Shown here: in pieces, positions 36,922 through 45,677 of the stretch
How the letters are laid out: each line of letters starts with the position of its first letter
Numbering within the stretch: position 1 is the stretch's first letter
Virus record (IMG/VR): IMGVR_UViG_3300031760_000002
Coordinates: 112,840-176,839 of that record
Source of the DNA: a virus
Taxonomy: Duplodnaviria; Caudoviricetes
Reading direction: 5' to 3' (one strand)
Length of the DNA stretch: 64,000 nt
Made by a program: the position numbers and the translations under genes
The notes under the pieces: generated by a model
What the model was told of the DNA's origin: nothing
Seen by the model: only the letters and a program-made list of their open reading frames with translations
Database searches by the model: none

Positions 36922-37767
36922 TACGACCTCCCTATCAACGAACAGTTCATCACGTCCAAAACAGGCTGCAAGATCGAGGTGCGCTGATTGTAATCCATTT
37001 TTCTGAACTGCTCCTGCGTGTATCCGAATATCCTGGTGTCGTCAATCCTAGGATTTCTCTCCCGGTGATCCTCGTCGAGCAACTGTGCAAGAACGCAGTT
37101 CGCGTCGCCGATCACTTCTAGAAGGTGCTCCTTCATCGCAAGATCGGCGTCCTTCTCCTCCCAGGCCGCGGCCTCTCGATAAAGGTACTTGTGTAGGATC
37201 TTTAGGACTGTCATCGTCCTGTCACTGCTTTTGGCTGCGTTCATTTGCTTTTCCTTTCTATTACACGGATCCGAAACTCGTCGTAGTCGTCCAGGTTCGT
37301 CCCGTTGTGCCTCCAGAAGTGCCACAGCCTTCTGCATGCCCCAAGGAATCCGATGTCGCAGTACTCCCTGGACGAGGATCCGGACGAGTCGGTGCCGGCG
37401 GACTTAATGACTTCGACGATCTTCTTCATTTGCCAGCGTCCTTCCTGAAGACCACGTTGACCACGGCGTTCTACCTCCTGGCAGGGAGGCTGTTCCGCGT
37501 AAACTAAGCCCCGGTTGCGTCGTGTCGTGGTTGAAATTCATTTGTCCAGTTCCCCGTCGAGACCTTCCTTCGGGTAGTCGTCGGTCCAGTTGTCCGCGAA
37601 CCCGGGCCTCCTGTCCATCAGGTTCGTGCGGTTCCTCGAAACCATGTGGAACCCGTTGGCGTCGCAATAGTGCTCGCACTCCTTCTGCGACGTGAAGCCC
37701 ATGACGTACATGCCGCCCTTCGTGACGGCGTACCAGGGATAGCTCCAGTTGCGTTCGGCGAGCTCCA

Positions 37768-38739
37768 TCACTTGATCCCCGGATCGCCAGGGTCCTTCAT
37801 GGTGGCGGACGGAACGATGCTCACGTTGCCGTGGCAGTCCCCGTGCAGGACGTACAGCCTCGGGTCTAGGCCGTGAGAAGCGCAGTACTCCTCGAACAGA
37901 CAGGTCATCTGGTGCATCGTGTCCTCGTCCATCTTCCTGCCCTTGAACGTCTCGGTCAGGTAGTCGATGAACTCCGGCTCGTCCATCTCGGACACCGGCT
38001 TGTAGTAGCCGGTATTGATCCCCTTGAAATGCTCGGCGGTCCTGTGCGCCAGATCGTCCGGCGTCACCTCCGACGACTTGTGGATGCCCTTGAGAGGAAT
38101 CTCGGTCTTCGGCCAGCTGTTCCAGAAGATGAATTCGGCCGCACGGTTGTTGTAGGCCATGACGACCGACTGGACCTTGTTGCCCTTCCTGTCGTATGCG
38201 ACGACGTCGTACATCGGCAGCGGAGCGATAGCGTCGCCGTACCGGCTGTGCAGGTCCGACTCGGCCGAGTAAAGCGCGGACCTGTCCTTGCAGTCCAGGT
38301 CCTCATTGGCCCACGTAAGGCAGTACTGGTACCTGTCCGGATCATGCGTGCGCAGCCACTCGGCGAACCAGATGCCGCCCTTGTGTGCGGAGAACCGGCC
38401 CATCTTGTGGCACTTCGGGCATAGGGCGATCCCGTTCTCCGGGGCGAAGCGCAATGCGGAAAACATCTGCCTCGGCATGATGTGGTGCGCGTTGAGCGGA
38501 GCCTCCTTCGAGTGCTCCTTGCCGCAAATGGCACAGCGGTTGTTGTAGTATGAATGCACGATCGCGGCCCACGTCTTGTAGAGACGCGTCGTGATCGTCT
38601 TCGTCGACTCCTTCTTCGGACGGTGGAGCTTCGGGATGCGGGGCTTCTTGGCCTTTCGCGTCCTCTTCGCCTTGCGTGGCTTCCTGGATGCCCTCTCCTT
38701 GAGGGCTTCAGCGATGACTGGCGTTGGATCGAGCGGCAT
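37768..38739 (-). CDS. HNH endonuclease domain protein
   Basis: Start re-called at MPLDP; RCAICG..LNAHH..ENGIALCPKCH. Confidence 0.85.
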   Translation of the reverse strand: MPLDPTPVIAEALKERASRKPRKAKRTRKAKKPRIPKLHRPKKESTKTITTRLYKTWAAIVHSYYNNRCAICGKEHSKEAPLNAHHIMPRQMFSALRFAPENGIALCPKCHKMGRFSAHKGGIWFAEWLRTHDPDRYQYCLTWANEDLDCKDRSALYSAESDLHSRYGDAIAPLPMYDVVAYDRKGNKVQSVVMAYNNRAAEFIFWNSWPKTEIPLKGIHKSSEVTPDDLAHRTAEHFKGINTGYYKPVSEMDEPEFIDYLTETFKGRKMDEDTMHQMTCLFEEYCASHGLDPRLYVLHGDCHGNVSIVPSATMKDPGDPGIK

Positions 38740-38773
38740 GGTTGGCGGTCCTGGTTGGGTGGAACAGCGCGGG

Positions 38774-38802
38774 AGTCTACTACAATTCCGGTTCTGTGTC
38801 AA
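38774..38802 (-). promoter_or_regulatory. sigma70-type promoter
   Basis: TTGACA-17 nt-TAGACT, directly after a terminator. Confidence 0.75.
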
Positions 38803-38843
38803 GCGGTATCCGTGGATTTTTTTAACTATAGTCCGTGATAGGT

Positions 38844-38890
38844 AAAAAATGGGGGAAGCGACGGCCCTTCGGCCGTACGCCACCCCCATT
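38844..38890 (-). terminator. Intrinsic terminator
   Basis: Long GC hairpin (ATGGGGG...GGCC-GAAG-GGCC...CCCCCAT) followed by a T-run. Confidence 0.75.
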
Positions 38891-38894
38891 GCCG

Positions 38895-39137
38895 CTAGCG
38901 TTCGCGCTTTTCGAACATGCGGGAATACAGCCTCACGGCTGACGCGACCAGGGCGCACGGAAGCAAAACGACGATGCCGAGGACCGCCATCATGCCGCCG
39001 AGGACCGCCAGCTTTCCGAGACCGAACAGTATCGCGACCGGCAGGACGAAGAAGTACTGCAGGATCATCGGCACGCCGATCCTGGCGGACTTGTCGTCGC
39101 ACCAGTCGACCACTTTCCAGATCCCAGACTTGCTCAT
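38895..39137 (-). CDS. Small membrane protein
   Basis: Start re-called at MSKSGIW; long hydrophobic stretch. Confidence 0.6.
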   Translation of the reverse strand: MSKSGIWKVVDWCDDKSARIGVPMILQYFFVLPVAILFGLGKLAVLGGMMAVLGIVVLLPCALVASAVRLYSRMFEKRER

Positions 39138-39496
39138 CTGCCGCCTCCGATGCGGAAACCCCTGTGGTGCGCGGCGTCCGGATCGCTGCCGGGCGAAACG
39201 GAGAACCTTTCGTCGGTGCCCTTCGGCATCTCCGACAAGGCCTCCTTCAGGGCCATGTTGTAGGCATGGCGCCGCTCCGGCCAGGTGTTCATGTCGTCCT
39301 GTATCATGTTGTACATTTTGGTCATGCTGGTTGTTACGTCGCCGTGCGCCGTCTTCACGAACGCCCTCGTCGGGCTGAGGAGGACGACCTCCTTGACCTC
39401 GCCGTGCATCTTCGCCCGGCGGGCCCTGCAGCATTGGGTCCAGGCCCATTTCGCGACCCGTATTGAAGGGTCGGCCTTCGAGAATCTGAAAGACAT
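39134..39496 (-). CDS. Hypothetical protein
   Basis: Start re-called at MSFRFSK with AAGGA RBS. Confidence 0.6.
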   Translation of the reverse strand: MSFRFSKADPSIRVAKWAWTQCCRARRAKMHGEVKEVVLLSPTRAFVKTAHGDVTTSMTKMYNMIQDDMNTWPERRHAYNMALKEALSEMPKGTDERFSVSPGSDPDAAHHRGFRIGGGR

Positions 39497-39584
39497 TTTT
39501 TGTCCTTTTTTTGTCGGTGCGGAGAGTATGAGGACAGGCCCCGGCCGCACCGGCCGGGACCAATCCGTTTTTTTTATGTATCGC

Positions 39585-39869
39585 CTACCCCAGATCGACC
39601 CGTTTCCTTTTTTCGTCCCACGAGCACGCCAGGCTTCCGAGGAACCTGTCGCGCTCGGCAGGGCTAAAAAGGATCGAGTAGGCTTCTGAGAAGGCGGCCA
39701 GCCGGATCCCGTCGTCACGAAGACGTTTGAGCGTCATCCGGTACAACGGGTCCGACTTGGCATGCTGCGGAAGCCGGCTCTTGACCGACTGCAGCATCTT
39801 GAGGAGGCCCCTGGCCTCGTCAACGGTCTCGGAGAACCTCTCCTCGAATTCCGGCCTGTGCTCGTTCAT
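39585..39869 (-). CDS. Hypothetical protein (possibly leaderless)
   Basis: MNEHRPEF start lies 8 nt below TTGAAT-17 nt-TATCAT. Confidence 0.6.
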   Translation of the reverse strand: MNEHRPEFEERFSETVDEARGLLKMLQSVKSRLPQHAKSDPLYRMTLKRLRDDGIRLAAFSEAYSILFSPAERDRFLGSLACSWDEKRKRVDLG

Positions 39870-39910
39870 GCGGGCGCATGATAGCACAGGACGGAATCCG
39901 ATTCAAGGCC

Positions 39911-40726
39911 TTAAAACCGGACGCAGCTCATCATGGGTGCCGTGTTCCGCGGTTTCGGAACGTACAGCTTGACCCAGGATGATAGACATCCGACCCTCCA
40001 TGCCTTCCCGTCCTCCACCTCTTCCGAGTCGAGGATGCCGGAGGTGATCTCCGGCATGATCGACAGGAATGGCGTGGACGAGTAGGGCCACTCCTTCAGC
40101 GAGGGTATCTCGCTGACGGGGCGCAACCCGTACCCAAGGGCCTGTGCGGCTCCCTGGGCGGCGGCCGGTACGGACGGCGAGGGCTCGATGCCGGGTCCGC
40201 CGGCAACGACCATGGGGAATTCGAACTCCCCTGCACCGGAGTCGTTGAAGACCCCGATGGCCTCGTTGGCCAGGGGATCCCTGAGATCCCCAAGCATACC
40301 GTCGAATTCCGCCGACGGTATGTCAATCTTGCTGAGGGTCAGCGGCCCCTCGGCACAGAACGGGCACGTCAGGTGGCTTGTCCCCTTGAAGGGGAACAGG
40401 TCCTGACGTCCGCAGGACTTGCAGGTGTAGTGATACACGTTGCAAGTCCCCATCCCGCAGCCACGGCTGTGGAAGTCCGGGAACCGTTTACGGTCCCAGA
40501 ACTGCGGAGCCTCATAGCGCATGAAGCTCCACAGCACTTTCTTGCCGTCCAGGGTGTACGCAAGGTACCCCAGGATCGGCCAGACCGGGGGTTGGTCTGG
40601 CGAGACCTTCTTCAGGTACTCGTCAGAGCTGTCGAAATCCCGGCGAACGAGCTCCGACGCCGGGATCCCATGTTGTCCGTCTTTTTCTGGGCAGTGACGG
40701 AAAGCTGCCGCTATCCCAATTCTCAT
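39911..40726 (-). CDS. Zinc-ribbon protein
   Basis: Start re-called at MRIGIAAA; CKSC...CPFC. Confidence 0.65.
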   Translation of the reverse strand: MRIGIAAAFRHCPEKDGQHGIPASELVRRDFDSSDEYLKKVSPDQPPVWPILGYLAYTLDGKKVLWSFMRYEAPQFWDRKRFPDFHSRGCGMGTCNVYHYTCKSCGRQDLFPFKGTSHLTCPFCAEGPLTLSKIDIPSAEFDGMLGDLRDPLANEAIGVFNDSGAGEFEFPMVVAGGPGIEPSPSVPAAAQGAAQALGYGLRPVSEIPSLKEWPYSSTPFLSIMPEITSGILDSEEVEDGKAWRVGCLSSWVKLYVPKPRNTAPMMSCVRF

Positions 40727-40841
40727 TTTTTTGAATTGATTGCGTAGGGCTGCGCCTTGCCGAAACGCTCGGCAATGTAAAGCGGATACCCTCCACATTG
40801 TTATAACTCGAATAAGACCCGTTTTCACAACCTCACTTCGA

Positions 40842-41097
40842 AGTGTACACTTCGTGTACACGTAGAAGTGGCCGGTTTCGATTAGTGGTGGTCTCACGCG
40901 CGCGGGACAGGTTTCACCAGGTTCGGATCCTAGCGGATCCGAACCTGGCTCACCTGTCGGAACCTTTCCAAAAATTGCAAGAGACCCCTGAACGAGGTAT
41001 ACGAAGTATACCGAGTGAAGGGGGATCTTGCTACGTGCGCGCGAGGCTCGCCACCTATCAAAACCGGCCACCTTTACGTGTACACGAAGTGTACACT
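40842..41097. repeat. ~63-bp imperfect inverted repeat enclosing a perfect 14-bp hairpin
   Basis: AGTGTACACTTCGTGTACACGTA at 40842 and its reverse complement ending at 41097; inner CCAGGTTCGGATCC-TAGC-GGATCCGAACCTGG at 40917-40948. Confidence 0.9.
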
Positions 41098-41323
41098 ACA
41101 AGGTGCAATCGGAAAGGGTCCGAAGGACCGCCACGTGGATCTATGTTCCGCGGCTATGACGATTCCAATGGACATGCAGACGCATATGGCCCGTAGAAGG
41201 CCCGTAGAGGCCCGTGGAGCGCGTTCTACCCCTAGACCCGGTAAAGTGTACCTTTTTCGAAAGAAATCGATTCTAGGGGCCTTGTAGCCGATTCTAGGGG
41301 CTGTTGATAACTTGTAGATAACT

Positions 41324-41761
41324 TCAATTGTCGATCAGGAGCAGCTGGGCAAGGTCCATCTTGTCTCCGGATCTGGCCTGCCAGGTGACGCCCAGCTTGT
41401 AGGACTCCAATATGCATCTGGCGACAGCCCTGGCCCCCTCCCTGGTAAGCCGTTGCAGGAGCCTCGACGCCAGCCCTAGGCCGGATTCTATCCCGGCCCT
41501 GACCTTCTTCCTTCCGTCCACCGTCTCGTAGAACCCGAAGCAGTCTTCGTCTACCACGAACTTCCTTACGGCCTGCAGGTCTGCATAGAGACCTGCGTTC
41601 GCCTTCCAGTCGTCCTGCGTCCATCCGTCCGATTCGGACATGAGCCTGTCGAGCTCGACGCCGAATTCGGAGAGAAGCCTTTCGGCCCCCATCTGGAGCC
41701 TCTCCCTGACCTTGGTCCTGTTGACCGGCCTTATGAACGAAAACTCCTTGTTGCCCTTCAT
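41324..41761 (-). CDS. Hypothetical protein
   Basis: Start re-called at MKGNKEF (ATGA overlap). Confidence 0.65.
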   Translation of the reverse strand: MKGNKEFSFIRPVNRTKVRERLQMGAERLLSEFGVELDRLMSESDGWTQDDWKANAGLYADLQAVRKFVVDEDCFGFYETVDGRKKVRAGIESGLGLASRLLQRLTREGARAVARCILESYKLGVTWQARSGDKMDLAQLLLIDN

Positions 41762-41979
41762 GCCAGACTCGACAGTGCTATGAGCGCCATGCCGGCCAGC
41801 CCGAGGGACGATACCAGCTTCACCATGGTCAGGAACATCTCCTTCCTGGCCTGCACGAAATCGATCTCCCACCTGTAGTCGAACTGCGTGGTCGACGATC
41901 TCTTCCATACGTACGCCAGGAACGACGTAACGGCACCTACGCACGACAGGATGCCAAGAAGCGAAAGGGCCTCCTTCAT
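41758..41979 (-). CDS. Small two-helix membrane protein
   Basis: Start re-called at MKEALS; two hydrophobic segments. Confidence 0.6.
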   Translation of the reverse strand: MKEALSLLGILSCVGAVTSFLAYVWKRSSTTQFDYRWEIDFVQARKEMFLTMVKLVSSLGLAGMALIALSSLA

Positions 41980-42812
41980 TTCAAGGCCTCCCCGAGCGCC
42001 TTGATCGTGTCGCCGTCGTAGTCGGCCACCTTGAACGCGTAGTACGCGCACACGGGGCAGCCCTTGGCCTTGATGCGCTTCGCCCAATCCCTGACCTTGT
42101 TGGGGTCGCCGTGGTTCTCGAGTCCGCCGCCGATGTTGAGCTCGCGGATGATGAGACCGTGGTCGGACACGACGAACGCGTCCTTGGGGTTTGTGGCCGC
42201 GATCTTGGACGGGTGGACCGCGTAGTATCCCATGCCCGCGATCGGCTTCGTCGGATGTCCGCCGCTGCCGTTGTAGACGAGCTTGAACCCCTTTCCGACG
42301 AGCTTCTGGATGCAGTACTGCTCGAACTTCTTTCCAGCCGCCGTCTGCGTCTCCGCGACCGGCTGGACGAACACTCCGTCCTTTCCGCCGGCCATGACGA
42401 CGTCCACGAGCTTCTGTGCGCAGGAATACGCCTTCTCCAGCGTCGGGCCGGTATCGCCGTACTTGCCCTTGCCCATGTTGTCGTTCACGATGGAAACAAA
42501 CAGCCACAGCTTTCTGGCGCGGCACTCGGACAGGAGCCAGCCGTACCACTCCTTCACCTCGTCGACCCACTTCGAGGTCCACTGCTTGTTCTTGTAGCTG
42601 CCCCAGCCGGACATCTCGATGAGATACCCGGAGCAACCCCTCTTGACGATCTGGTCGAGCTCCTTCTTGAGCACGTCCTTCGAGACTGCCCAGCGGTTAA
42701 CCCTGCCGTACCATCCCTGCGTCTTGCCGATCTTCACCTCGGCATACCTGTCCCTGGCCCTCTTGAGGCCCAGAAGCGCCAGGACCATGTCCCAGAGTTC
42801 CTTGATCTTCAT
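41976..42812 (-). CDS. Putative TIM-barrel (glycoside hydrolase-like) protein
   Basis: 278 aa alternating alpha/beta pattern (LKKELDQI..GCSGYLIE, ECRARKLWLFV, VQPVAE); N-terminal amphipathic helix. Confidence 0.45.
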   Translation of the reverse strand: MKIKELWDMVLALLGLKRARDRYAEVKIGKTQGWYGRVNRWAVSKDVLKKELDQIVKRGCSGYLIEMSGWGSYKNKQWTSKWVDEVKEWYGWLLSECRARKLWLFVSIVNDNMGKGKYGDTGPTLEKAYSCAQKLVDVVMAGGKDGVFVQPVAETQTAAGKKFEQYCIQKLVGKGFKLVYNGSGGHPTKPIAGMGYYAVHPSKIAATNPKDAFVVSDHGLIIRELNIGGGLENHGDPNKVRDWAKRIKAKGCPVCAYYAFKVADYDGDTIKALGEALK

Positions 42813-43155
42813 CGTTGCTTTCGCTCCTTTCCAGGTTGAGCCTGCGTATCGCGCGCAGGCATATCGCCATTACCCTCTCCATACTAAGTTCAGCCGCGCC
42901 TAGATCTCCTTCCGCGTACGCCAGGTACGCCCTGGCCAGCTCGATTCCGACGACGTCCTCCACTGAATCGATGCCGGCTACCTTGAACTCGTCGTACAGG
43001 CGCTCCCTGGCCGAGACCAGCTTTTTCGCGTTATCGGCCGGCCAGTTCGTGAACTTGGACACGAACACCGGGTCGTCCGTGCACATCGCGGCGTATTCCT
43101 CCACGACCGCGGACATCACGCCGTCAGGTATCTCGCTGTTCAGGTCCATCTTGGT

Positions 43156-43239
43156 TGGTGGGGGCGGGGAGGGTCGAACTCCCACGCCTTTCGGCACGGG
43201 ATCCTAAGTCCCGCGTGGCTGCCATTACACCACACCCCC
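43156..43239 (-). tRNA. tRNA-Leu(TAG)
   Basis: Cloverleaf, loop CT-TAG-GA, long variable arm, encoded CCA. Confidence 0.92.
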
Positions 43240-43276
43240 GCGTCCAAGTCAACAACTTTGTGCAAGTCCAAGAATC

Positions 43277-43891
43277 CTACTTACGCCTGCGGCGGCAAAG
43301 CCACAGTATAACAGCCCCTACCAGGGCCAGGCACGCCACGTTCGGCTCCGGTATCGCGCCGTAGAACACGGAAGGCCTCCACGGCGTCTCCGTCGGAGGA
43401 AGCAGCGTTCCGGACTCGTACGTGTGCGGCGACCACAGGTCCCCTAGCGAGGCCGAGGCGTACGCCACTGGTACGAACGACCAGCCGGCGTCCTCGTCCC
43501 AGTACCCGATGTCGAAGTACACCGTCGAACCCTGGTCCGCGATGTCCAGCCGTATCGGCTGCCAGTCCGCCAGCTGTCCGGTCGGTTCGTCGTTGCCGTC
43601 TAGCACCAGGAGCCCGAACTCCGTTATGTCGTCGTCGAAGGACACGGCGGGCGGCTGCATGCCGATCGGGTACTCGTACCCTGCCGGCATGGCTCGGTCG
43701 CCTATCCGTATCCTACCTCCTATGTCCACGGGGCTGCAGGGGAGCGTCGAGAACCAGTCCGCGACGTGTATCCGGTTCCCTCCTATATCCACCACGGCGT
43801 TCCCGTCCATGCCCGCCCACAGTATCCTGGCGGGCAGCGCTACCATCGGCAGAAACGAGATGGCCGTTGAAATGATCGTTTTCAGTTTCAT
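43277..43891 (-). CDS. PEP-CTERM sorting domain protein
   Basis: Signal peptide MKLKTIISTAISFLPMVALPA; C-terminal AIPEPN, hydrophobic helix, RRRRK. Confidence 0.9.
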   Translation of the reverse strand: MKLKTIISTAISFLPMVALPARILWAGMDGNAVVDIGGNRIHVADWFSTLPCSPVDIGGRIRIGDRAMPAGYEYPIGMQPPAVSFDDDITEFGLLVLDGNDEPTGQLADWQPIRLDIADQGSTVYFDIGYWDEDAGWSFVPVAYASASLGDLWSPHTYESGTLLPPTETPWRPSVFYGAIPEPNVACLALVGAVILWLCRRRRK

Positions 43892-43898
43892 GCGCGAA

Positions 43899-43927
43899 AA
43901 TATACCATTTTCGTGCATTTAAGTAAA
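43899..43927 (-). promoter_or_regulatory. Promoter for a probably leaderless PEP-CTERM mRNA
   Basis: TTTACT-17 nt-TATATT with extended -10 TG, 7 nt before the ATG, no RBS. Confidence 0.6.
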
Positions 43928-44011
43928 TGGTGCCATGGGCGGGACTCGAACCCGCACGGGAATCCCGGCGGATTTTGAGTCCGCTGCGTCTGCCTTTCCG
44001 CCACCTATGGC
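43928..44011 (-). tRNA. tRNA-Leu(CAA)
   Basis: Loop CT-CAA-AA, long variable arm, CCA. Confidence 0.92.
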
Positions 44012-44012
44012 A

Positions 44013-44089
44013 TGGTGCACCTGGCGGGGCTCGAACCCGCGCTGAGGGGATTTTAAGTCCCCTGGCTCTGCCGATTGGCCTACAGGGGC
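44013..44089 (-). tRNA. tRNA-Leu(TAA), short variable loop
   Basis: Loop CT-TAA-AA, CCA. Confidence 0.88.
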
Positions 44090-44092
44090 AAA

Positions 44093-44170
44093 TGGTGGAC
44101 CGGGTGGGGCTTGAACCCACAGTCTCAATCTTATAAGGATTTTGCTCGAACCAATCGCAGCTGCCGGTCC
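44093..44170 (-). tRNA. tRNA-Ile(TAT)
   Basis: Loop CT-TAT-AA, GGACCGG/CCGGTCC acceptor stem, CCA. Confidence 0.82.
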
Positions 44171-44235
44171 GTTGTGCGATTGAGTATCCTGATGCAGGTC
44201 GGATTAGCGACCCGGATTGAGACTTACCAAAATCA

Positions 44236-44311
44236 TGGTGCGCCCAGCAGGACTCGAACCTGCAGCCGAGGGATTAGAAATCCCTTGCACAATCCATTAT
44301 GCTATGGGCGC
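44236..44311 (-). tRNA. tRNA-Arg(TCT)
   Basis: Loop TT-TCT-AA, CCA. Confidence 0.92.
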
Positions 44312-44315
44312 AGGT

Positions 44316-44390
44316 TGGAGCCAGCGGCAGGAGTCGAACCTGTAGCCTGCTGATTACAAATCAGCCGCACTGCCATTGTGCTACACTGGC
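44316..44390 (-). tRNA. tRNA-Thr(TGT)
   Basis: Loop TT-TGT-AA, CCA. Confidence 0.92.
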
Positions 44391-44391
44391 A

Positions 44392-44467
44392 TGGTCGGAG
44401 TGGGGCGACTCGAACGCCCGACGGCTTGCTCCCAAAGCAAGTGCGCTACCAACTGCGCTACACTCCG
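44392..44467 (-). tRNA. tRNA-Pro(TGG)
   Basis: Loop TT-TGG-GA, C1-G72, CCA. Confidence 0.94.
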
Positions 44468-44470
44468 AAA

Positions 44471-44547
44471 TGGCGTCGCTGAGAGGATTCGAACCTCCGA
44501 CCCGCAGTTTAGGAAACTGCTGCTCTATCCTGCTGAGCTACAACGAC
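44471..44547 (-). tRNA. tRNA-Arg(CCT)
   Basis: Loop TT-CCT-AA, CCA. Confidence 0.92.
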
Positions 44548-44552
44548 TTAAA

Positions 44553-44628
44553 TGGTGGATGCGGAAGGATTCGAACTTTCACTTGATGGCTTCTGGGACC
44601 ATTGCCTCTGCCGTTGGGCTACGCATCC
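44553..44628 (-). tRNA. tRNA with CAG anticodon (Leu), short variable loop, C33
   Basis: Loop CC-CAG-AA, A discriminator, CCA. Confidence 0.75.
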
Positions 44629-44630
44629 GT

Positions 44631-44716
44631 TGGCGGAAGGAGCAGGACTCGAACCTGCATGTCCTTTCGGACGACGTCTTAGCAAGGCGTTCCTTTGACC
44701 GTTCAGGCATCCTTCC
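44631..44716 (-). tRNA. tRNA-Ser(GCT)
   Basis: Loop TT-GCT-AA, long variable arm, G73, CCA. Confidence 0.9.
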
Positions 44717-44806
44717 TGGCGGAGAGTGCAGGTTCCGACCCTGCGATCCGGCGTTACCGGAAACCGGTTTTCAGGACCGGCGCTTTTGCCATTCAGCCAA
44801 CTCTCC
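44717..44806 (-). tRNA. tRNA-Ser(TGA), C33 and atypical T-loop
   Basis: Loop CC-TGA-AA, long variable arm, G73, CCA. Confidence 0.82.
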
Positions 44807-44892
44807 TGGCGGAGGGGGCAGGATTCGAACCTGCGGGACTTGCGCCCTCCGGTTTTCGGGACCGGTGCCTTAAGCCTCTCGGCTACCCCTCC
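44807..44892 (-). tRNA. tRNA-Ser(CGA), C33
   Basis: Loop CC-CGA-AA, long variable arm, G73, CCA. Confidence 0.88.
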
Positions 44893-44975
44893 CAAACGGA
44901 AAACCGATCCGGCCAGCGACTCGAACGCTAGACCCTCTGTACGGGCCGACAACCACGACGCAGGACCGGCTGAAA

Positions 44976-45049
44976 TGGAGCGACGTACCGGGGTCGAACC
45001 GGTCTAACCAGCTTGGAAGGCTGGGACCCAGCCGCTAGGCCAACGTCGC
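44976..45049 (-). tRNA. tRNA-Gly(TCC)
   Basis: Loop CT-TCC-AA, U73, CCA. Confidence 0.9.
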
Positions 45050-45053
45050 AAAA

Positions 45054-45183
45054 TGGCTTGCCCACCGGGACTTCCACCCGGACCTCCGGTCCCCGGTATT
45101 CTGTTCACCGGGCCTCTGCTAGCATTGACCCGGCATAGCCCCTTACCCCTCGCGATGGGCGTTTGGGCTTATACTATGGGCAA
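45054..45183 (-). ncRNA. Enlarged 130-nt tRNA-like RNA
   Basis: Perfect acceptor stem TTGCCCA/TGGGCAA-G-CCA and T-arm CCGGG-TGGAAGT-CCCGG, with extra hairpins in the D and anticodon regions. Confidence 0.65.
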
Positions 45184-45187
45184 GATG

Positions 45188-45260
45188 TGGAGCCAGTGAG
45201 ACTCGAACTCACGACATTCGGCTTGCAAAGCCGACTCTCTACCGACTGAGCTATGGCCCC
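45188..45260 (-). tRNA. tRNA-Ala(TGC)
   Basis: Loop TT-TGC-AA, G3-U70; CCA not encoded after the discriminator. Confidence 0.92.
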
Positions 45261-45376
45261 ATGAAGGGATGCCAGTCGATCCGGGAATCGCGATCCGCCG
45301 GTGCCTGCCGTAGCGCCTCGTTCGAGGATGCGGTGCTGCTCGTAAACGCGTCGGTCCGTACGGGACTGGCAGTAAA

Positions 45377-45463
45377 TGGTCGTGGGGGCTGGACTCGCAC
45401 CAGCGCTGTTTCGAGTGTCACAGATTTACAGTCTGCTGCCTTCGCTGCTCGGCACACCCCACG
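45377..45463 (-). tRNA. tRNA-Tyr(GTA) with C1-G72
   Basis: Loop CT-GTA-AA, long variable arm, CCA. Confidence 0.85.
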
Positions 45464-45503
45464 TAAAAACCGGCGCTCGTGCCCCCGAGCTGCATGCTTT
45501 CGC

Positions 45504-45561
45504 ACGGAAGGATTCGAACCTCCGCCTCCGGTGTGCCGCGCTCTGCCAATTGAGCTACCGC
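45504..45561 (-). pseudogene. tRNA-like element with collapsed anticodon arm
   Basis: Intact D-arm TAGCTCAATTGGCAGAGCG and T-arm GGAGGTTCGAATCCTT, but only CGG-CACA-CCG between them and no CCA. Confidence 0.55.
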
Positions 45562-45602
45562 TTTCGCGGGCTGGATTCGAACCAGCATACCCGGCTTCAA
45601 AA

Positions 45603-45676
45603 TGGCACGAAGAGCCAGAATCGAACTAGCATCGGCGGATTTGGAGTCCGCGGTCCTACCATTGAACGATCTTCGT
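45603..45676 (-). tRNA. tRNA-Trp(CCA)
   Basis: Loop CT-CCA-AA, G73, CCA. Confidence 0.9.
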
Positions 45677-45677
45677 G

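Noticed and set aside
40727-41071. N-terminal extension of the 386-aa ORF
   Set aside because: It runs through the inverted-repeat region; the start at 40726 is more plausible.
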